Positions 58,986 through 64,000 of a stretch of 64,000 bases of DNA are shown here, piece by piece. The position numbers and the translations under genes were made by a program. Positions within the stretch are counted from its first letter, which is position 1, and every line of letters begins with the position of its first letter. This DNA comes from Bdellovibrio sp. (GTDB taxonomy: Bacteria; Bdellovibrionota; Bdellovibrionia; Bdellovibrionales; Bdellovibrionaceae): assembly GCA_036676395.1 (NCBI GenBank), contig JAKFCY010000003.1:96001-160000 (forward strand), read 5' to 3'. Under the pieces are notes generated by a model. It was not told the origin of the DNA. It did no database searches and saw only the letters and a program-made list of their open reading frames with translations.

Positions 58986-59438
58986 CTATTTAGTGGTTTT
59001 AACCCAAACACATTCATCAGACCATTTTTGAAATTTAAAAGCCGAGTTTTCAAAATGCAGGGTTTCAACTGATTTTGGCAATATCACTTGTTGTAAATGT
59101 TTATCACGTGAAAGTTTAATTGCAATTTCAACAAGCTCAGCTTCGATCTTAAAATTTTCAGCTGAAATCATCTCGACCCATAGTGTTTGCGTATGCCCTT
59201 GAAAAAATAAAAATGGCTGACCAAGAAAAAATCCATGAATTTTTTGATTTTCATCGTACGCGATAAAGCTCCAGCCCATTTTTAAGTAATGTTCTAGGGC
59301 TTCTTTGCGAAAACGTGAATTCCATACTTGCATCATCAGTTCCATATCATCAGGATACTGAAGGCGAAGTTTATCTTCAGCAAATTGATAGACTTGCGGA
59401 ACATCTGCAATTTGGGCGATGCGGTAGTTTATAGACAT
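58986..59438 (-). CDS. Hypothetical protein, possibly GNAT-like
   Basis: YRIAQIADV start and SFIAYDE...IHGF strand pattern. Confidence 0.55.
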   Translation of the reverse strand: MSINYRIAQIADVPQVYQFAEDKLRLQYPDDMELMMQVWNSRFRKEALEHYLKMGWSFIAYDENQKIHGFFLGQPFLFFQGHTQTLWVEMISAENFKIEAELVEIAIKLSRDKHLQQVILPKSVETLHFENSAFKFQKWSDECVWVKTTK

Positions 59439-59499
59439 TTGTCTATTTGAACTTAATTTTTTACTAGAGCCAAGTCCTAACCGGATGTAGCATTAGTGT

Positions 59500-60246
59500 G
59501 TGAATTACAAACCATACCCTACTGAATTTTGGACAAACATCGAAAAAACTATTCTCGAGTTAAAAAATGCGCAAAAGCCGTTAATTGCTGCCTTTGATGC
59601 TGACGGAACTCTCTGGGATACAGATCTTGGTGAAAATTTCTTTCATCATCAGATCGATCATAAGCAAGTGGCTTTACCGCCGAATCCTTTTGAGCACTAT
59701 CTTGAGATGAAAAAAATCGATAATGATCCTCGCCAAGCTTACGTGTGGCTGGCTCAAATCAATCAAGGTAAATCCGTAGAACAAGTTCGCACCTGGGCAA
59801 AAGAAGCCTTTGAATCTATTAAGCCAAATCCAATCTTTACTGAACAACAAAGATTGATCGAATTATTAAAAAATCACGGTGTGAAAATTTATATCATTAC
59901 AGCTTCGACCAAGTGGGCCGTTGAACCAGGAGCTATCGCTATCGGTTTAAGTGCAGATAATGTTATCGGTGTTGAAACAGTTATTAAAGATGGCATCATT
60001 ACCGACACCCCGGTATTACCAATCACTTACCGTATCGGAAAAGTTGAAGCCCTACTTCAGCAAACCAAACAGGCACCATTTTTAGCCAGTGGCAACACTA
60101 TGGGTGATTTTGAATTATTAGAATGCGCCACTCACCTACGTTTGGCCGTGAGTGCGGCGTCTCGTGATGATCGTTTATTTAAAACTGAACTTGAACTTGC
60201 GAATGAAGCAAAAAATAAAAACTGGATGCATCACCGCTTTATCTAA
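59500..60246 (+). CDS. HAD-family phosphatase
   Basis: AAFDADGTLW, IITAS, GKVEA and GNTMGD; GTG start. Confidence 0.88.
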   Translation: MNYKPYPTEFWTNIEKTILELKNAQKPLIAAFDADGTLWDTDLGENFFHHQIDHKQVALPPNPFEHYLEMKKIDNDPRQAYVWLAQINQGKSVEQVRTWAKEAFESIKPNPIFTEQQRLIELLKNHGVKIYIITASTKWAVEPGAIAIGLSADNVIGVETVIKDGIITDTPVLPITYRIGKVEALLQQTKQAPFLASGNTMGDFELLECATHLRLAVSAASRDDRLFKTELELANEAKNKNWMHHRFI

Positions 60247-60255
60247 AGGATTAGA

Positions 60256-60639
60256 ATGCTAAATTTAGTAAAAAACTTATGTATTGTCTTTATCGCAGTC
60301 GCTATTGCCCTAATGCTCTATACGCGCGTGAAAAAAGAATATGCAGCTGATCAAAAACACAAACAAGATTACACCAGAGCTCTTCAGGTAAAAAAAGAAA
60401 TCATTAAATACAAAAAACCTGCAAGAGTTGAAATCGAAACGTTCACAAAACGTTACCAAAAAGATCTTGAAGATATTAAAGCTTTGAAAATTCCATTAGA
60501 TGAAAACGCTGGTCACTACATGCAGGTACAGCTATTTAGCGAAGACACAGATGAAACTTCACCATTGATATTACAAATCAAATTTAAAGATGTTAAATCT
60601 AATGCTCTCATCAAAGAAGAAAGCATTAACCTAGAATAG
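60256..60639 (+). CDS. Membrane-anchored hypothetical protein
   Basis: N-terminal TM helix; RBS AAGGA. Confidence 0.72.
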   Translation: MLNLVKNLCIVFIAVAIALMLYTRVKKEYAADQKHKQDYTRALQVKKEIIKYKKPARVEIETFTKRYQKDLEDIKALKIPLDENAGHYMQVQLFSEDTDETSPLILQIKFKDVKSNALIKEESINLE

Positions 60640-60646
60640 GCCCAGG

Positions 60647-61987
60647 CTAGCGCGTGCTAGCCATCAATTTTTCGATCTCATCAACTTCTTTAGGTACCCC
60701 AGCTGTCATATTTTCACAGCCTTTTTCAGTGACCAGAATATTGTCTTCGATACGAATACCAATGCCACGCAATTCTTCGGGAGCCGTCATATCATTTGCC
60801 GGAATATAAAGACCTGGCTCAACCGTAAACACCATACCAGCTTCGATTGGGCGCGCTTCGCCTTTGATCATGTACATTCCAGAATCATGCACATCCATAC
60901 CTAACCAGTGGCCGATACCATGCGGATAGTACTTACGATGTTCATTAGCTTTCATGATGTCTTCTTTGCGACCACGCACTAAACTTAATTCGATCATTAG
61001 ATCAGTTAAAAGGCTTTCACCCATTGCGTGTAAATCTTTAAAATAAATTCCGGGCTTAACGTAATCAATAATCTCTTTTTGAATTTTTAAAACACCTTCA
61101 TAAACTTTTTTCTGAATTGGTGTAAAACGACCATTCACCGGAAAAGTTCTTGTGATGTCGCCAGAGTAGAAATTCATTTCACAACCAGCATCAATTAATA
61201 ATAACTCGCCATTTTCACAAACTTGGTCATTAAAGTTATAATGTAAAGTTGTCGCGTTGTTACCGCTGGCTACGATGAAGTTGTATCCTTCACGGCCTGA
61301 ATTATTTGAATAGAATGAATGCGTAAGCACGGCTTGCACTTGGCGCTCAGTCACACCTGGGCGAGTAAATTTCATCGCTTCGACATGAGCTTTCGCTGAA
61401 ATTTCGCAAGCTGCACGTTGATTGCGAAGATCCTCTTCATTTTTACGTAGGCGAAATTCACCTAAAAACGTGTCAGCATCTTTAATAGATAATAAGCCAT
61501 AACCAGAACGGCCATAGGCACGTTTTAAATTTAATAGAATATTTTGCACCTGACGATCAGCTTCTGGATTTTTAAATAAACGGTAATATAAATCTTCATA
61601 GCCCTTTAAAAGTTCTACAGATTTTTTTTCGAACTCTTCAATTGGATAAACTTCATCGATTAAGAATTCTTTTTTCGTGCCTTCTGGACCAAAACGAAAT
61701 CCATCCCATGTTTCGCGCTCAACATTTTTTTGGCGCACGAACATCACAGATTCAGGCGTTTTACCTGGGCGTAATAATAAAAAAGCTTCTGGCTCTTCAA
61801 AACCAGTTAAGTAATACATATTTGAATCTTGGCGATACGGGTAATGAACATCATCGTTTCTGACATGCTCTGGATGGGCCGCAACTAATAAGGCTGCATT
61901 ATGAAGACCCGCCATTACTTTTTGGCGACGGCGTTTAAAAATTTCTGCATTTTCGGTCGACTTGCGAGTCGCTTTGCTAATTGCCAT
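60647..61987 (-). CDS. pepP: Xaa-Pro aminopeptidase
   Basis: YRQDSNMYYLTGFEEP, LHY, DITRTFP, HWLGMDVHD, TVEPGLY and RIED. Confidence 0.96.
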   Translation of the reverse strand: MAISKATRKSTENAEIFKRRRQKVMAGLHNAALLVAAHPEHVRNDDVHYPYRQDSNMYYLTGFEEPEAFLLLRPGKTPESVMFVRQKNVERETWDGFRFGPEGTKKEFLIDEVYPIEEFEKKSVELLKGYEDLYYRLFKNPEADRQVQNILLNLKRAYGRSGYGLLSIKDADTFLGEFRLRKNEEDLRNQRAACEISAKAHVEAMKFTRPGVTERQVQAVLTHSFYSNNSGREGYNFIVASGNNATTLHYNFNDQVCENGELLLIDAGCEMNFYSGDITRTFPVNGRFTPIQKKVYEGVLKIQKEIIDYVKPGIYFKDLHAMGESLLTDLMIELSLVRGRKEDIMKANEHRKYYPHGIGHWLGMDVHDSGMYMIKGEARPIEAGMVFTVEPGLYIPANDMTAPEELRGIGIRIEDNILVTEKGCENMTAGVPKEVDEIEKLMASTR

Positions 61988-61998
61988 ATACTATATCC

Positions 61999-62949
61999 TT
62001 ACAACCGATATTTATCGGCGATTTTCTTAATCTGACTGTAACCCAATTCAGAGCCTTTGACCATGATGTCGCGACGTTTATCAAAATCATCGATATCGTA
62101 ATCACTTAGATCAATATCAATAACTTCGTCGATGCCTGGGTTTTTCTTAGCGATAGAGGCTGCAAACTGCCCCCAGATCTGATTTTCAGCCGAATCCGCT
62201 GATTTAATGATGCTTGAGTCATTTTTACCCGCGATCACGTTGATTAAAATGATCTTATTAACACCTGTAGCTTTTAAATGCTGGATCGTTAAATTCAGGT
62301 CAGTCAAATTTGCTACGCTATTTCCAAAAGGCTTTACGATACCTGCCGAAGGTATACAGAACGGCAAAAACTGATCAACTTGGCCACGGTTTAACATATA
62401 ACTAGTTTTAGTTTTTAAATTCACTGATGGACAAACGAACGGCATTTTAAAATCTTGCGTAGTTTTACGGCCGAAAGCTGCTTGCACGAATTCTTGCCAG
62501 TCATCGATATCTTTAAATTTGGCTAATTCCCATTCAACTTCATTCACTGAAGCATTTTGCGCAAAACTTGCAGCAACAACAGAACCCCATTCAATACCAG
62601 CAACGCTAATCACCGGAAATTTAAACTTTTGCATTTCTTTTAATACGCCAACATGCGCCCAAGCTTTGGCTCCCCCTGCAGAAAAGATAATTCCAAACTT
62701 AGGAAGCCCTTTTACGGCACCAGTTGTAAACTGGGGCGTAATAATTTGTGGAGTCACAATTACCGGTGCTGAGGCTATAGGTATCGTCGTCGTTGGTTGT
62801 GTTACCGTCGTTGTCGTAGTTGTAGTTCCAGAAGTAACCACCTGTGGAGTAAATGGTTTTGTCGGTTGAGCTCTACGCATCGACTGACAACCAAAAGTAA
62901 ACAGAACTGAAACCAAAGCTAAAATTAAAAAATTATTTTTTACGACCAT
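61999..62949 (-). CDS. Patatin-like lipoprotein with degenerate catalytic motifs
   Basis: Lipobox TFGC; Thr/Pro linker; SAGGAKAWAHVGVL oxyanion motif, but GIEWG instead of GxSxG. Confidence 0.75.
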   Translation of the reverse strand: MVVKNNFLILALVSVLFTFGCQSMRRAQPTKPFTPQVVTSGTTTTTTTVTQPTTTIPIASAPVIVTPQIITPQFTTGAVKGLPKFGIIFSAGGAKAWAHVGVLKEMQKFKFPVISVAGIEWGSVVAASFAQNASVNEVEWELAKFKDIDDWQEFVQAAFGRKTTQDFKMPFVCPSVNLKTKTSYMLNRGQVDQFLPFCIPSAGIVKPFGNSVANLTDLNLTIQHLKATGVNKIILINVIAGKNDSSIIKSADSAENQIWGQFAASIAKKNPGIDEVIDIDLSDYDIDDFDKRRDIMVKGSELGYSQIKKIADKYRL

Positions 62950-63670
62950 AAATGAAGAACTCCTTGTTGCCATCTTTTCCAGTGATCGAACTTTCAAAGT
63001 ATTTACATTCACATTGAAATAGGTTTTCGCAAAGTGAAGTTATGTTCGCTTGGATGGTGTTGTAGACCTTAGCATCACTGACAATACCATTTTTATCAAG
63101 GGCCTGCGGGCCACATTCAAACTGGGGCTTTACGAGCAATAAGAAAAAGCCTTTTGTCTTAAGCAGTGGTTCCAAAAAGGCAACGACCTTCGTCAGGGAA
63201 ATAAACGAGACATCGCACACGATACCATCAAAGCGTTCGTTGGCTAATACATGAGTTGCAATATCTTTGACGTTCAGATTTTCAAAATAAGTGACGCGAG
63301 AATCAGATTTAATCTTGTCATGCAATTGCACCGAGCCCACATCTAATCCGGTGACATGTTTAGCATGACGCTGAATTAAAGCATCAGTAAAACCACCGGT
63401 TGATTGCCCGACGTCTAAAATAGTTAGACCTGTTACATCTTGCTGAACAAAATCTAAGGCTCCCGCAAGTTTAAAACCGGCGCGCGAAACATATTGGCTT
63501 AAATTATTTTCTGCAATTGTGATCTCAGAAAACATATCTTCATTCACTTCAAAGCTTGGTTTAGTTAATACTTTATTTTTATGTAGCACTAATCCTTGCG
63601 CGATCAAATCTTGCGCTTTGGTGCGAGATTCTATTTTTTTATGTTTTACTAGAAAAAGATCTAAACGCAT
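62933..63670 (-). CDS. tlyA: TlyA family rRNA 2'-O-methyltransferase
   Basis: MRLD S4 domain, YVSRAG.KL, STGGFTD, DVSFISL, LVKPQFE and GKDGN.E. Confidence 0.95.
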   Translation of the reverse strand: MRLDLFLVKHKKIESRTKAQDLIAQGLVLHKNKVLTKPSFEVNEDMFSEITIAENNLSQYVSRAGFKLAGALDFVQQDVTGLTILDVGQSTGGFTDALIQRHAKHVTGLDVGSVQLHDKIKSDSRVTYFENLNVKDIATHVLANERFDGIVCDVSFISLTKVVAFLEPLLKTKGFFLLLVKPQFECGPQALDKNGIVSDAKVYNTIQANITSLCENLFQCECKYFESSITGKDGNKEFFIYGRKK

Positions 63671-64000
63671 TTATGCATTTCTGTTTTGATTATAAAAAAC
63701 TAAGTCTTTAAGAGGTTGAATATTCAAATGCTTTAATGATTCTAACGCTTGTGTTGAGATTTCAACTTGTTTTGCTAATTGGGCTTTAGTTTTATCTAAA
63801 CCAATCAGTGCTATGTAACTTTTAAAATCCTGATCTTTATCGCCAGCATCTAAAATATCGTCTTTAATCTGAAACGCCAACCCGATGGATGAAGCAAAAG
63901 CTGCAAAAGCCTTAGTTTCAGTATCATTAGCTTCGCAAATGGCAGCTCCGCCCATAACTGCCGCTTCGATTAAAGCGCCGGTTTTTAACCGGTGCATTAG
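63671..64000 (-). CDS. ispA: Farnesyl diphosphate synthase, 3' part (truncated by the window edge)
   Basis: KTGALI and GLAFQIKDDILD; directly upstream of tlyA, the usual context. Confidence 0.88.
   Translation of the reverse strand, partial: LMHRLKTGALIEAAVMGGAAICEANDTETKAFAAFASSIGLAFQIKDDILDAGDKDQDFKSYIALIGLDKTKAQLAKQVEISTQALESLKHLNIQPLKDLVFYNQNRNA

Noticed and set aside
62780..62840. GTC/GTT/GTA triplet-like low-complexity run
   Set aside because: It encodes the poly-Thr linker of the patatin-like lipoprotein and is not an independent DNA repeat.
1..64000. tRNA, rRNA, prophage or integrase
   Set aside because: No cloverleaf, rRNA signature or phage/integrase motifs recognised by eye; tRNAscan/Infernal were not run.

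Overview
AT-rich, gene-dense chromosomal segment that looks like a Bdellovibrionota (Bdellovibrio/Pseudobdellovibrio-like) predator. This is inferred from the gene complement: a TIGR02147-family gene, a SpeD-SpeE fusion, a long-form phenylalanine hydroxylase and many exported hydrolases. Core content: Phe/Tyr catabolism (phhA, hppD, hmgA), ribD, a six-gene pantothenate/CoA operon (panG-like, panB, panC, coaBC, coaX, panD), a leucine-catabolism cluster with a split methylcrotonyl-CoA carboxylase alpha subunit, xth, a Pif1-type helicase, glpD, pepP, tlyA, partial ispA, sodB and the RNase P RNA gene (rnpB, minus strand). I saw no rRNA, tRNA, CRISPR array or intact IS/prophage. I cannot claim a clearly new multi-gene machine; the most unusual signals are regulatory and non-coding. 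(1) Eight sigma54-type TGG-N8-TTGC promoters, mostly non-canonical, all in front of non-housekeeping and mostly exported-protein genes. (2) A TIGR02147 gene divergent from one of these genes, with a perfect palindrome between them. (3) An RNase P RNA that appears to lack P13/P14 and carries two extra GCAA hairpins. (4) A 26-bp REP-like direct repeat bracketing an OmpA gene, plus a degenerate RAYT-like HUH protein under a sigma54 promoter. (5) An unannotated 21-aa signal-peptide-only ORF. (6) Apparently widespread leaderless transcription. (7) An orphan restriction-endonuclease gene at the focus of converging strand skew. All family assignments come from motif recognition, not database searches.
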